Of a DNA stretch of 64,000 bases, positions 1 to 10,400 are shown piece after piece. Position 1 is the stretch's first letter. Each line of letters begins with the position of its first letter. This DNA comes from Escherichia phage vB_EcoS_HASG4, in the sequence record NC_100331.1; one strand, given 5' to 3'. Position numbers and translations under genes: made by a program. The notes under the pieces were generated by a model, which was given only the letters and a program-made list of their open reading frames with translations, was not told the origin of the DNA and ran no database searches.

Positions 1-124
1 TGCTCACTGCCTCCGGCGGAAATACTTAGTCTGCTAACCGCCACCCTCCGTTACTATTACCATGCTAACTGTTTCACCCTGCAACCATTTTAATTGCAAG
101 GTGAAACAATTTCAACTTTAATTG

Positions 125-859
125 TTAGGCAACTTTTAATTTCTCAATATATTGTTGCGGGCTGCAACTATATTCTGCGCGTTCTTCCTCGGTCATACTT
201 TCCCAACATAATTGCAGGCGGTCGGCTAGAAATTGATAATCATTATCATCCTCAAGAGATTCATCAATAAAGGTTTCACCTATCAATGTAACCCCAATCG
301 ATAGAATATCGTTAATAGCTTGCGCGTCCAGCGTTTTAAATCCGTATGATGCCGCCGCTGATAGTACGCCTTTATGATCATCAATCATCGTAAAATCAGC
401 GTTAGGATATAACTGTTTAAATAGCTCAAAATAATGGCTTTTATAAATAGCGTCTTTACTGTGGTATATTTCGCTAACTTTATCAGCTTCAAAATATTTG
501 TGTAGTGTATCGCGGGAAAACACGCGGATATTGCTTTTATCACGACCGCGCAAGCCTTGTTTGCGCAAGAAATAATAATCCGACTTGCTCATCAATCGAG
601 CGGTGCAAATAATGTTTAACGTGTTAACGTCATTCATGCACTGGCGCATATATGTAACAAGCGGCAATAGTGTATCTTGCATTATTAAATCATGTTTGCA
701 GGCTTCATTTTTATACTTATTTAAATCTAAATTGCCCTCACTATCAAAGCAAGGCGCTACACGATGGAAAGAGTTAATGATAGTGCCATCCAGATCCCAA
801 ATCATGACGCGGGAAATATGTGGGAAGCTGCGGGAAATATTCATAATAGCTTTATTCAT
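125..859 (-). CDS. dmp: HAD-superfamily 5'-nucleotidase (deoxynucleoside-5'-monophosphatase-like)
   Basis: 244 aa; N-terminal DxDGT motif (IWDLDGTI); size and left-end position match T5 dmp as I recall it. Confidence 0.75.
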   Translation of the reverse strand: MNKAIMNISRSFPHISRVMIWDLDGTIINSFHRVAPCFDSEGNLDLNKYKNEACKHDLIMQDTLLPLVTYMRQCMNDVNTLNIICTARLMSKSDYYFLRKQGLRGRDKSNIRVFSRDTLHKYFEADKVSEIYHSKDAIYKSHYFELFKQLYPNADFTMIDDHKGVLSAAASYGFKTLDAQAINDILSIGVTLIGETFIDESLEDDNDYQFLADRLQLCWESMTEEERAEYSCSPQQYIEKLKVA

Positions 860-938
860 TTGTTACGTTCTCCATTAAAGGGATTAGATTAATTCAGCAT
901 TACCCGCTATTTATAAGCGGGTAATAATAAATTAACTA

Positions 939-1334
939 TTAAAGACCATAAGCCAACGCATCAGCGATAAAACTAACATCCTCACCGGATACGCTGGAAC
1001 GAATCCCGGCACAAGTATATACCTTTGCGCTGATCAATTGATCATCGAGGCAAGCGGGGCAAGGCGCAACCACTGCGAAAGCTAAACCGGATTTTACCGC
1101 GTCAATAATAATTGTTTCCTGCTTCATCGTGTCAACATAAACACCTTTTGCTTTAATATGGCTGGTTAGTTTACCTTGCATATATGCAAACGTTGTAACT
1201 TGCATTGCATCATTGAAATCTAACAATTCATCAATAACGTGCCCCGCCTCGACGTGGTAACGTTCACCATTAGAATAAACCAGAACAATGGAAGACTGAG
1301 CGCGGTCAAATGGAATGCGATTAGATTTAGCCAT
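939..1334 (-). CDS. hypothetical protein
   Basis: 131 aa ORF; HVE and PCPAC residues faintly deaminase-like but spacing atypical. Confidence 0.5.
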   Translation of the reverse strand: MAKSNRIPFDRAQSSIVLVYSNGERYHVEAGHVIDELLDFNDAMQVTTFAYMQGKLTSHIKAKGVYVDTMKQETIIIDAVKSGLAFAVVAPCPACLDDQLISAKVYTCAGIRSSVSGEDVSFIADALAYGL

Positions 1335-1371
1335 GTTTATAACTCCAGTTAGTTTAATAAGGGGGTTTAAT

Positions 1372-1629
1372 TTACTTGATAATAATCTGCATTTGATATG
1401 GCGTTAATTCACCATTTACGGGTAAATTATTATCACTCAACCACTCATAAAAAGCGTCATCATCGTCAAAGGGAACAATATCATTATCACGATAATCGAC
1501 CGTAATAATCCCATCTGTATTAGTTTTGGCGGCTAGGATAGGTCCGAAGCTGTAAACTTTATCGGATTCCATTTCATCCGGTGAAATAAATGCTTTTTCG
1601 TCCAGCGTTTTGGGTAATGTAACTTTCAT
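1372..1629 (-). CDS. hypothetical acidic protein
   Basis: 85 aa ORF in compact minus-strand array. Confidence 0.5.
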   Translation of the reverse strand: MKVTLPKTLDEKAFISPDEMESDKVYSFGPILAAKTNTDGIITVDYRDNDIVPFDDDDAFYEWLSDNNLPVNGELTPYQMQIIIK

Positions 1630-1686
1630 TCTAATTTAGCTCCTGTAATAGCGGCTATATTTCAAGCCGCTAGGGGAATAATTTAA

Positions 1687-3351
1687 TTACGCGAAAAATT
1701 TACCATTCTTAAAGTCAATCAAGGTGCGCTGACCGTTTGCATAGGTAATAACATGCGTTTGTGTCCAGCTTGACGCGCCAACGTTATAACCCATGTCCAG
1801 ACTACCAGACACGCCAGCGGTGTATACGCCGCCGTAAATACTGGCGGTATGAGTGTGCCCCGTGTTTAATTTGCCCAATTTCTTAAACTGTTTCGGATTG
1901 CCACGGCTGCCGTTTATGCCGTTGTGACCGTGTACGCCGCATTCAATGCCTGCAATCTTGAAAGATTGATCAGTGGTCAGAAAAATAGCGTTAAACTCAC
2001 AACCTGCAACCTTACGCAGCGCATAATCTAGCACGTTGAAAGTATCGTCTTTTTCTGCAATAGCTCCATAAATCGCAGCATTAAGGCGGTGATATAGTTC
2101 CGCGTTTGCTGGGTCGTCTTTAATGTTAGCATTACGATCATCCAGCCAACGGGATAGCGCCAAATCGTGGTTTGATTCAACAATGATCGTTTGAGCAAAA
2201 TCGCGCTCCATCGATTCCAGCACGCGCCCGGTATCGATAAGATCATCCAGAACTTTATCACGTCCGGCGGCGTATTGTTTCGCTAGGAATACACCGGAGG
2301 CACGATTATGATGATTGCGTGATGTAAAATCATGCACGTCATGGACGAATTGATATTTTGGCTTGAGAATATCAAGCAAGCTATTTTCCCCAGCCCATGA
2401 TGCAACGGCGCAAGCGTCATCCAATTTTTCGGCGTGGACGTCGCCATATTGTAAACCTAAAACGTGCCCCGATGTTTCATAGCATCCGGCGGGAGTAGCG
2501 CAAACATTCAGATCATAAAATACGCCGCTTTCATCCATCGTTTCAAGCTGGCGAACAAAAAATTCTCCGTCTTCGTCGAACTCGACAATAAGCGCACCGA
2601 AGTTATGCAGCGCCTCGGCCTTTTGTCCTGCTTTCTGCTGGATGTAGTTTTTTAACGTTGCCGTTCCGGTTGAATACATACGGCGCACAATTTCACCTTT
2701 TAAAGCTGGCACGCTTTCAGCGGTAATTTTAGCCGCTCCGATTGCCAGACCTTCGAGATTAAGCGCGGTTGCAGTTTCAGCGAATCCAGAAAGCGGATAA
2801 TCTGCGGTGGGCAAAACATTAATTTCAGCCATGAAAGCAAAACGGCGATTGTTTAAAAATACGTTTTTGCTGCAAATATATTTATCAAACGCAGAATCAT
2901 ATTTGATTCCGTCTGCCCCTTCCCCATTTTGAAAACCGTTTTTATTATAAATATACTTAGAAACAAGCAAATCAGCGCCAATAAATTGGGCATATTGTTC
3001 AAGCGAGGCTAAAAAGTTTTTATGCGGGAAAGTATTATTCTGAATCGATGTAATAATAAAGCGTTTGCCTTGTTTTACTTCCCATTGCTCCACCGTGCTA
3101 GAAATAACTCCAGCGGCTTCAGGGCGGTCATCGTTTTTTATGGCTTTTGCTGTTTTTGCCGCTTTTGGTTTCGCTGGTTTATTTGCTTCCAACCAGTCGC
3201 AGATAGCGGTCGAGTGTTTTGTAGTATCGTATACCGCTTTTGATATATCGTCGCAGACTTCCAGTTTAGTAGCGCGCAGACGTTTACCATAGAAATTAAA
3301 GTCAGCGGCAAGGTTGAGAATCTGGGCTTGTTTTTCTGCGGAAATAATCAT
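1687..3351 (-). CDS. A1: A1-like metallophosphoesterase (pre-early host takeover protein candidate)
   Basis: 554 aa; calcineurin-like motifs GDVHAE, VHDVHD, ESNHD, GHNG, GHTH; size/position match T5 A1. Confidence 0.8.
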   Translation of the reverse strand: MIISAEKQAQILNLAADFNFYGKRLRATKLEVCDDISKAVYDTTKHSTAICDWLEANKPAKPKAAKTAKAIKNDDRPEAAGVISSTVEQWEVKQGKRFIITSIQNNTFPHKNFLASLEQYAQFIGADLLVSKYIYNKNGFQNGEGADGIKYDSAFDKYICSKNVFLNNRRFAFMAEINVLPTADYPLSGFAETATALNLEGLAIGAAKITAESVPALKGEIVRRMYSTGTATLKNYIQQKAGQKAEALHNFGALIVEFDEDGEFFVRQLETMDESGVFYDLNVCATPAGCYETSGHVLGLQYGDVHAEKLDDACAVASWAGENSLLDILKPKYQFVHDVHDFTSRNHHNRASGVFLAKQYAAGRDKVLDDLIDTGRVLESMERDFAQTIIVESNHDLALSRWLDDRNANIKDDPANAELYHRLNAAIYGAIAEKDDTFNVLDYALRKVAGCEFNAIFLTTDQSFKIAGIECGVHGHNGINGSRGNPKQFKKLGKLNTGHTHTASIYGGVYTAGVSGSLDMGYNVGASSWTQTHVITYANGQRTLIDFKNGKFFA

Positions 3352-3449
3352 GGTAATAAAACTCCATTAAAGGGATTAAAAAACGTTTGTTATTGGCAAA
3401 TATTGCCAAATATAACGCCTATTATTTGAGGCGTTATAATTTGCAATAT

Positions 3450-3665
3450 TTAACTAATCGGCATCAGGCTAGAACTAACACCACAAGCAACGGCGGCAAT
3501 AAAACAAATAAGACCTAAACGCTTTGCTAACTTAGATTTACGTTTAAAATAATATGAATCCAGATCATTTTGGAAATAAGCAAACAATAACGAGGCCGCT
3601 ACAATAAATAATCCTAGAATGAGGGATTCAGTAGGGTAAAAGATCATTTTAATAACTCCAGTCAA
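3450..3665 (-). CDS. small membrane protein
   Basis: 71 aa, two hydrophobic segments. Confidence 0.4.
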   Translation of the reverse strand: MTGVIKMIFYPTESLILGLFIVAASLLFAYFQNDLDSYYFKRKSKLAKRLGLICFIAAVACGVSSSLMPIS

Positions 3666-3703
3666 AGGAAATTATAGTGGGGAGTATTCCCCACTAATTA
3701 AAT

Positions 3704-4111
3704 TTATTCACCTGCGGCCTGTTTTACTTCATCGGCAACGCCCAATAGTTGCGCCACGGCGTCCAACGTTTCTAATTTTGCGCTTTCCAGTGATGCCAGA
3801 TCGTCAACGTCTTTGATAATACCGGAATCGATGGCATGTTTTGCAATAACGCGCACATAATGCGCTTTGCGGATAGAACTGCCGCCGCCAACCTTGCGAG
3901 GTTTATCGCTTTTCTGATACGCTTTCGCGCTGGTCAATTTTGAGCGAACGGACACGGGAGAAGCCGCACCTACTGCTTTCGCGATCTCTTTCAAGCCGTC
4001 GCTATTTGCGAAATCTAAACCGTTTTCATTGATTAGCTGCTGATACATGGTAACAGCCTGCTGGGTGTTTTCTTCATTCCAAGAAAATTTTACGGTTTTA
4101 ACGTTAGTCAT
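3704..4111 (-). CDS. hypothetical protein (A2-like by size and position)
   Basis: 135 aa ORF downstream of A1-like gene. Confidence 0.55.
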   Translation of the reverse strand: MTNVKTVKFSWNEENTQQAVTMYQQLINENGLDFANSDGLKEIAKAVGAASPVSVRSKLTSAKAYQKSDKPRKVGGGSSIRKAHYVRVIAKHAIDSGIIKDVDDLASLESAKLETLDAVAQLLGVADEVKQAAGE

Positions 4112-4209
4112 GGTAAAAACTCCTATTAGTTTAATTTAAGGGATAAGATTAACATAATGTTAATCGTTATATACCCCGAACTACTGGGGTATATAAAGTT
4201 AACACTAAA

Positions 4210-4461
4210 TTACAAAACAGCTTCCCATTTTTCGTTGCGTTGAACAACCTTTACAACATCGCCGGATTTAACGCGAACGCTAAAAACGGTTTTGCCGTTG
4301 TTACTGCGTTCCGTTTCAGCGTATACCGCGTCGATTGTATCGAACGGCATAAGCGCCGCACCTTTAATGCGTTCGGCCTTTCCGGTTAACTCATCCGTTT
4401 TAGTAACGAAAGGAATAAAAACGGATTGACCAATTTTTGGCGCGGTAATAACGTTTTGCAT
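4210..4461 (-). CDS. hypothetical protein
   Basis: 83 aa ORF. Confidence 0.45.
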   Translation of the reverse strand: MQNVITAPKIGQSVFIPFVTKTDELTGKAERIKGAALMPFDTIDAVYAETERSNNGKTVFSVRVKSGDVVKVVQRNEKWEAVL

Positions 4462-4688
4462 AGTATAAACTCCTAGTTATTTGGGGATTATTCCGCATTA
4501 CCTGCTAGAAGGTAGCAGGTAATAAGTAACAATCCGCTCGCCAGTTTAACCAATTTAAAGAACTCCACGTAGGCCGCTATATCCCAGTTAGGGGGCGGGA
4601 TGCATTATGGTAAGCACCGACCGTCAAATTTTATCAAGTTATCGCTCTTATCGAACTGAGTACATCTTAAAACCTATCGGCTAGGTTG

Positions 4689-4892
4689 TCAAACGGTTTT
4701 TTGCAATTTTTTATGATTTTCTTTCAAGTCAATCATAATATTTCGCCAGATCATTTCTAGACCTTGCTGGCGACCTCTCTTGTACTGCGTGAATCGGTAT
4801 TTTACCGATCTTTGCGCTACTGTCAACAAATTTTTTGTTTTGCTATCTAGTGCCTTAATAGGCTTGCCAGTGATCAATAAAGTTTGTTTCAT
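4689..4892 (-). CDS. hypothetical basic protein
   Basis: 67 aa ORF. Confidence 0.3.
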   Translation of the reverse strand: MKQTLLITGKPIKALDSKTKNLLTVAQRSVKYRFTQYKRGRQQGLEMIWRNIMIDLKENHKKLQKTV

Positions 4893-5080
4893 ATCGTCGA
4901 TTCCTTATAATAGATAAGTTTACCGCCGATAGGCTTTAAGATGTACCCAATTTTTAAAGAGCGTGGCGGTAAACTTCCCGCCGTGTAGTTCGTCATTGCC
5001 GCCCTACGTGATAAATAATAGGGGATTCCCGAAAATGGCGCAACCTTATTTTTGTAAAGAAACGTAAAGACAAAATTCAC
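4889..5080 (-). CDS. hypothetical protein
   Basis: 63 aa ORF, overlaps previous stop. Confidence 0.25.
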   Translation of the reverse strand: MNFVFTFLYKNKVAPFSGIPYYLSRRAAMTNYTAGSLPPRSLKIGYILKPIGGKLIYYKESTI

Positions 5081-5685
5081 CGGACGGCGTGCGGTGACGG
5101 CCTAAAATTAAAAGAAACGGGCGCGCGAATACCACAAAACAAAGCAAATAGGCAAGTAATTTTTTCATTTATATTTGCTTTCCCCTACTTGACAAAATCT
5201 AAAAAGCTCGTGGTAGCGATAAACGGCTTATCCCCTTATGATGGGATGGCTAAAAACTTTATTGCGTTCTAGGGCGTTTTAGGCGGCTCATTTTCGATTT
5301 AACAAATATCTAACAAAAGCAAAATTGAAAAATAGTTGAAAAAGGTCTTGACTTTTAAAAATCAAGGGGCATTGCATTAATTTATAAAATAAATTAATTG
5401 ACTTTTATTTGTTGTTGTGTATTAGAAAGATAGCAAACTAATAATTACTAGAATGATAATCATGCTGGTGGATTGTAACGGCTTAAATTATTAGCAGACT
5501 ACTAATCCCGGAAAATCTCATTAGCCAACTAACTGTTTCATAAGTTATAATATACATATAAATTAATGAGAAATAATAATTATAAGAAAACGTAACCGAT
5601 AGGAATAATAACTATAAAAATAATCACTACTATAATAATAACTATAAGAAACTATCGGCCTAAGTGAGAACCACTATCATTTAAG

Positions 5686-5706
5686 TTATCCACAAAGTTA
5701 TCCACA
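5686..5706 (+). promoter_or_regulatory. two tandem DnaA-box consensus sites (TTATCCACA x2)
   Basis: gttatccacaaagttatccacagc read directly, in AT-rich 1 kb intergenic region. Confidence 0.6.
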
Positions 5707-6060
5707 GCACTTTTTGACTTGACACGATATGCGGCGATACAAGGACTTTTGCTCAGACTTACCCACAGGTTATCCTACTGTATAAATATACAAGGTAAAA
5801 AGATAGTGTTAACAACTGCAATCAATTTTAAGCGGCCTAAATCGCTTTCTAACGAGCAAAACGCTGTAGGGTAATATTAAAGTAAAGCCTCAACGTGTCG
5901 GCCTGGTGGCTTCGCCGTGTTTTGCTCTTTACTATACCGCTGCGCGGTTAGCATAAAAATAAGCGTTAGGCAAGGAAAATAAAAAGGTAAAATAATATTT
6001 GCCCCTAGAAAGAAAATACCTTTATCATTCACTCACCGATTAACGAGGGAGGCCGAACAA

Positions 6061-7053
6061 ATGAGGCTTTATAAACCAGATAACGCAACCGTCTTAAAAG
6101 GTGCATTGCGCAACCTGCTGGATGGTAGCAGAACAACCAGCATTAAACATTTTGTTTTCAATATTGAAACACTTCATCGTAATTTTCTTGATGATTACGA
6201 TGCTTATAATATGAATAGTTTTCTACCGTTATATAATCAAGGGGCAACGCTTGTTTTATATAATCAGGAATCTCACTTGCTTACTAGTCGAGGGCCAGAT
6301 ACTGATTTTATTATAGTGAAAGGCAGTACAGTAAAAGCCTATGATGCGGGGGCGGGCTTAGAAGTTTTCACGATAGAAAATTATGAGCCTTATGATAAGG
6401 ATCTTTATGACGTAGAAAATTTTCTCGATTCATTTTGGCGTTATTTATCAATTGGGTGGAATCGGTCGGATTATGACGGGTATCGTTTTGCGGCTGTAAT
6501 GGCTTTTGATGATAACGGTAATTTTTTGTTACCGTCGGAATTATACCCGTATGTATATAATGATTTAATAGAGGAGGCTGGTTTTACTTTCTGGAAAGAT
6601 GAAGATCAGCCTATTGACAATATAGAAAACCATGCTGTAAATTCTAACACTCAAAGCGTTAACACTCAAACTACTGAAAACAAAGGAAAAAATACCATGA
6701 CCAAGATCGCTAATATCGTTGCCGCTAATAAATCCGCTGTTGTAAATGCTGCAAAACTGGAAGCGGGTAAAATTGCACTGACTCAAATCACGAAAGTAGC
6801 GGCTAAAAAAGCGCCGTTTATGATTAAAGGTTATATTGATACGCCGATTGGTCGTGTAGTGATCGCTAACCTATTGAGTGTAGCGGTTGACCAGTACGCC
6901 CCAACTAACCAAAAGGCAAAAGCGGTAGCAGGCGCGGCTATGGAAGCGGCAATGCTGGAAATGGTGCAAAGTTTTAACATCGCTGAAATGATTGATGAAA
7001 TGGTAAAAGGTATCGATATTTCTACTTTTACCACTAACACCGAAAGCGAGTAA
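6061..7053 (+). CDS. hypothetical protein
   Basis: 330 aa; RBS GAGGGAGG upstream. Confidence 0.65.
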   Translation: MRLYKPDNATVLKGALRNLLDGSRTTSIKHFVFNIETLHRNFLDDYDAYNMNSFLPLYNQGATLVLYNQESHLLTSRGPDTDFIIVKGSTVKAYDAGAGLEVFTIENYEPYDKDLYDVENFLDSFWRYLSIGWNRSDYDGYRFAAVMAFDDNGNFLLPSELYPYVYNDLIEEAGFTFWKDEDQPIDNIENHAVNSNTQSVNTQTTENKGKNTMTKIANIVAANKSAVVNAAKLEAGKIALTQITKVAAKKAPFMIKGYIDTPIGRVVIANLLSVAVDQYAPTNQKAKAVAGAAMEAAMLEMVQSFNIAEMIDEMVKGIDISTFTTNTESE

Positions 7054-7118
7054 TAATATTTAGCGGGGATTATTTCCCCGCTTTACTATTCCCTTGTTAA
7101 CTAATAGGAGGCTAACTA

Positions 7119-7613
7119 ATGGCTGAGGAAAAATACGGCTTCTCGCTAGGGGAAGTGAGCACGGCTAAACACGATATGATCATTTTAGTTGATTGTCATA
7201 CTGGCTATTGCGGGGAAGGGAACACCGAAGAATATTTTGTTCCTGCTGGTACGGATCTGGACGCTTTAGCTCACGAAATGGCTATGGATAATGCTTCTCG
7301 TTTTGGCAGCGATGGCTATGAAGACGAGGATACTGGCGAATGGTATGAAAATGAAAACGTATACGCAAGTCTTTATCATTATCAGTTAAGTAAATCCGGC
7401 ACATATGTAAATGGCGGCGATCCTATTAATTCCGTTGTGAAATTAATTATTAAATATGGTGGCGTCGAGATAATTGATAACAAAGCGGTAATATATGCAA
7501 ACCGATTAAAACAGCTTGTTTATATTCCTGATAATACCCGATGGGAGGAATACGCTGTTTTGCATGACGAATTGAAACGATGTTTCAATATTGAAGCCCT
7601 ACAAGTAGTCTAA
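7119..7613 (+). CDS. hypothetical protein
   Basis: 164 aa; RBS AGGAGG. Confidence 0.65.
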   Translation: MAEEKYGFSLGEVSTAKHDMIILVDCHTGYCGEGNTEEYFVPAGTDLDALAHEMAMDNASRFGSDGYEDEDTGEWYENENVYASLYHYQLSKSGTYVNGGDPINSVVKLIIKYGGVEIIDNKAVIYANRLKQLVYIPDNTRWEEYAVLHDELKRCFNIEALQVV

Positions 7614-7718
7614 TGTAAAGTTTTGTAAAGGTCGCCTTTTATGGTGGCCTTTTTTGTTATAATGCCTTTACACCAAAACGGTGGATTGAAAATTTTCCCA
7701 AAAATTTGGAGGCTTAAA

Positions 7719-7949
7719 ATGGTTGCATACTCTTCTGCTAGTCATCTGTTTACCGCGCAAGGCTGGGTATCTAATCGCGTCATTATTCATGAAATGGTGC
7801 AGGAGTTCGGCATTGCTAAAACGTATAATACCATTCAGGAACTATATAACGCCGATAAAATCGATCAGCAAACGGCTGGCTTTTTGCTGGATACCCTGAA
7901 AGCTGAACATTGCACTAAAAAGCAAGCTGCAAAAATTGTCTTAATGTAA
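7719..7949 (+). CDS. hypothetical protein
   Basis: ORF 7641-7949 trimmed to internal ATG preceded by GGAGG. Confidence 0.5.
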   Translation: MVAYSSASHLFTAQGWVSNRVIIHEMVQEFGIAKTYNTIQELYNADKIDQQTAGFLLDTLKAEHCTKKQAAKIVLM

Positions 7950-7950
7950 T

Positions 7951-7985
7951 TAATAACGGGGGGGGGGTATTATATCCCCCGATAA
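7951..7985 (+). terminator. G10-tract hairpin (terminator-like)
   Basis: aataacggggggggggtattatatccccc; 10 G then 5 C. Confidence 0.4.
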
Positions 7986-8002
7986 CTAGGAGGCTATCAC
8001 AA

Positions 8003-8152
8003 ATGGTTATTTTTCGAGCTATTTTAGCGGGTATCTTGGGCGCTATTTTATCGTTATTTGCAATAGCTTTCGGTGTTCACGCCGTTATTATCGGCGCGGG
8101 TATCGCCGCATTTTCTTATCTGCTGGGCTGCATGACTAGTAAAGGAGAATAA
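8003..8152 (+). CDS. small hydrophobic peptide
   Basis: 49 aa, single TM-like helix, RBS AGGAGG. Confidence 0.45.
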   Translation: MVIFRAILAGILGAILSLFAIAFGVHAVIIGAGIAAFSYLLGCMTSKGE

Positions 8153-8154
8153 AA

Positions 8155-8367
8155 ATGATTCGTAACGTTTCCCTTGCACGTTCGAAAGGCTTTAGGCTGG
8201 TGGACGTTAACACGTTCGAGCGTGAAGATTGTAAAATCGAATATGTAGCACGTAACAAAAATGCCTTTCGTGTTACTGAGAAAAAATTCGACAAGCGCGG
8301 CAACGTGATCGCTGAAACAGTTAAACATTTTGCCACCTTTTATGCTGCGTTTCGTGGGGTATTATAA
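8155..8367 (+). CDS. hypothetical protein
   Basis: 70 aa; RBS AAAGGAGAA. Confidence 0.5.
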   Translation: MIRNVSLARSKGFRLVDVNTFEREDCKIEYVARNKNAFRVTEKKFDKRGNVIAETVKHFATFYAAFRGVL

Positions 8368-8368
8368 A

Positions 8369-8713
8369 ATGGTTATTTATGAAGGCAACCGCTTTGTTAC
8401 TAATTGCCGTCCGGCATTACTAGCAAACTACTTAAATCAGCTTTCCCCAGCTTATAAGGGCGTTATTAATATTTATGAGGGCAAGGCGCATTATAAAATC
8501 AATGCGGTCGTTGCCCGTGAACTAGCGTTTCAATTTTTGACCTTTGCATCTTGTGACGTTCAGGTCATGGGTGAGGCATTAATTGCAGAAAATGAAGATG
8601 ATTTTATTAATATTTTCCGCAAGATATGCACCGAGCGCCTGATCATGAAAGGCGCTTATATTCAATCCACTGCGGATAGTATTGAAACAGCGTTTCGAAA
8701 GGTGGCACAATGA
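8369..8713 (+). CDS. hypothetical protein
   Basis: ORF 8330-8713 trimmed to ATG abutting upstream stop. Confidence 0.5.
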   Translation: MVIYEGNRFVTNCRPALLANYLNQLSPAYKGVINIYEGKAHYKINAVVARELAFQFLTFASCDVQVMGEALIAENEDDFINIFRKICTERLIMKGAYIQSTADSIETAFRKVAQ

Positions 8714-8868
8714 AAAAGTTTTTAATAGCTGGTATGTTTCCTTTGTTGCCTTATGTAATTTGCTGGGCTTTATATGCTCATGGTGCTAGTGTTCCCGGTG
8801 TGGCTTCATTTGGTGTATCGGCTGGTTTTCTAACCGGACTATTGGCAAGCGTATATTTACGCAAATAA
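8710..8868 (+). CDS. small membrane peptide
   Basis: 52 aa hydrophobic; start overlaps upstream stop. Confidence 0.4.
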   Translation: MKKFLIAGMFPLLPYVICWALYAHGASVPGVASFGVSAGFLTGLLASVYLRK

Positions 8869-8886
8869 TTAATAACGGGAGTTATT

Positions 8887-9090
8887 ATGAGCAATAAAAT
8901 TATTGTAACCAAAATCAGTACAATGGTTGATGTTTTTTACGTGCCCGATACGCCGGAGAATCGGCAAGCGGTTGAGCGTGGCGAGTATGATAAAGTGATT
9001 TATGATCACGATGGTTATTATCAGCATTTGGCGGATTCCTACGGGGAGGAGGAAAAAATCACGCATCGACTACCGGAGGAGGATTTATGA
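8887..9090 (+). CDS. hypothetical protein
   Basis: 67 aa; RBS GGGAG. Confidence 0.5.
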   Translation: MSNKIIVTKISTMVDVFYVPDTPENRQAVERGEYDKVIYDHDGYYQHLADSYGEEEKITHRLPEEDL

Positions 9091-9240
9091 AACGATGGTT
9101 TAATCACTGGTATAAACGGTTTTTAGTACGCCGTCGCAAGTCTAGGCATCAAGATGAGTGGAGGGAGTGGGCAAAGCGTAACGGTTGCCCACTACTATAA
9201 TAATCACGGGGCGCAACTAGTAAGAAGTGCCCCCAATTCT

Positions 9241-9770
9241 CAAATGAGAATCATTCTCATTTGACCGCGCCCGCGATGATTAGCCTGCTAATGGTTAGGG
9301 TGTTACGTGTCGCCTTGTGTGATCGTTAGCGTGCTAACTAATTTTCAAGCCTCCTCCAATTTTCCCCTTGTTTTAGTATCCCCGCCAAAATTAAACGCGT
9401 TAGAATGCGATTCAGGACGTTTTAAGCCTATATTAGAATTATTCACTGCATAGGAATACTGTATATTTATACAGTAGAATAACCTGGGGATAAGTCTGTG
9501 GATAACGCTTCAAAATGGCTAGGGTTCTGTCAAGTCAAATCGTGCTGTTGATAAGTCTGTGGATAACTTAAATAACAGTGTTTCTCACTTCCGTTTTTAA
9601 ATGCGAATCATTATCATTCGCATTTCACTAGCTAACCGATAATCACTCCACTTTTTAAATGAGAATCATTTCACTTCTTGAATAGTTCTCATTCCCTTTC
9701 TTAAATGCAAATCATTATCATTCGCATTTCACTTTTTAAATGAGATTGATTCTCATTATCATTCGCATTC
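9241..9770. repeat. family of palindromes (gagaatcattctc / gcgaatcattatcattcgc)
   Basis: inverted repeats at ~9241, 9596, 9655, 9697, 9735 read directly. Confidence 0.7.
9489..9567. promoter_or_regulatory. two copies of gataagtctgtggataac, each with a DnaA-box complement TGTGGATAA
   Basis: 18-bp direct repeat at 9489-9506 and 9550-9567. Confidence 0.6.
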
Positions 9771-9800
9771 AGGCGAGCAAGGCAATTGCCCTGCGCTTTT

Positions 9801-10400
9801 GTGCAAATCCGACATTTGCCCCCATGGATTACGCGTGGGCATGTATGTGCGAATCCGACAATTTTTGGTAGTGTGCAAATCCGACCCGAAAAATTTTTAT
9901 AGTGTGCGAATCCGACAATGAATTTTCCTAAAAACTCCAGCAATCACGAACTGCGTTCGAATCCTGTGGAATTAGCTAGAGTATGTGCAAATCCGACATG
10001 TGTTGAGCTGTGCGAATCCGACAAGATTTTTGTGACTTCGATTGGAGGGTGTGTGATTGTATAGGTTTGAGGAGAAGATGAGAGAGCGAGAGAAATTTTG
10101 GGACTAGAAGGATGTGGGCGCAAGATTGGTGCGGAGCACCTGATTTGCGGGGATTTTGGGGGAGAGTTGAGATAATTTGGGAAGATTTGAGATAGGTGCA
10201 GAAAAAGTAAAATTTTATTAGCTAAATGGAGCAAAATAGCTTGACAAGTGAAAATTCTTGTGGCTCTAAAAACTCAGGCAATCATGGGCCTTCGGCCCGA
10301 AATAATGCTGCTATTTTCAGGAGAGTAAGAGTTCCTAAAAACTTAGGCGTTTGTGCAAATCCGACCATAAATTTCTAGAAACACAGTGTGCAAATCCGAC
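9801..10400 (+). repeat. GTGCRAATCCGAC direct repeats (8 copies; ninth at 12153)
   Basis: copies at 9801, 9847, 9873, 9903, 9985, 10010, 10353, 10388, same orientation, irregular spacing. Confidence 0.8.

Noticed and set aside
939-1334. Cytidine/dCMP deaminase assignment for the 131-aa ORF
   Set aside because: HxE and PCxxC-like residues are present but about 75 residues apart, much more than in deaminases; kept as hypothetical.
585-3292. Plus-strand ORFs antisense to dmp and A1 (585-878, 2464-2655, 3022-3243, 3065-3292) and minus ORF 2028-2261 inside A1
   Set aside because: Embedded in or antisense to long motif-bearing genes, no RBS; judged spurious.
9701-10234. Minus-strand ORFs 9701-9943 and 9944-10234
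   Set aside because: They lie entirely in the repeat/palindrome region, lack RBSs and translate repeats; not called as coding.
9801-10400. Possible CRISPR array suggested by the short GTGCRAATCCGAC repeats
   Set aside because: Repeats are only 13 bp, spacing is irregular (about 25 to 330 bp) and there are no cas genes; a phage repeat/injection-stop-like region fits better.
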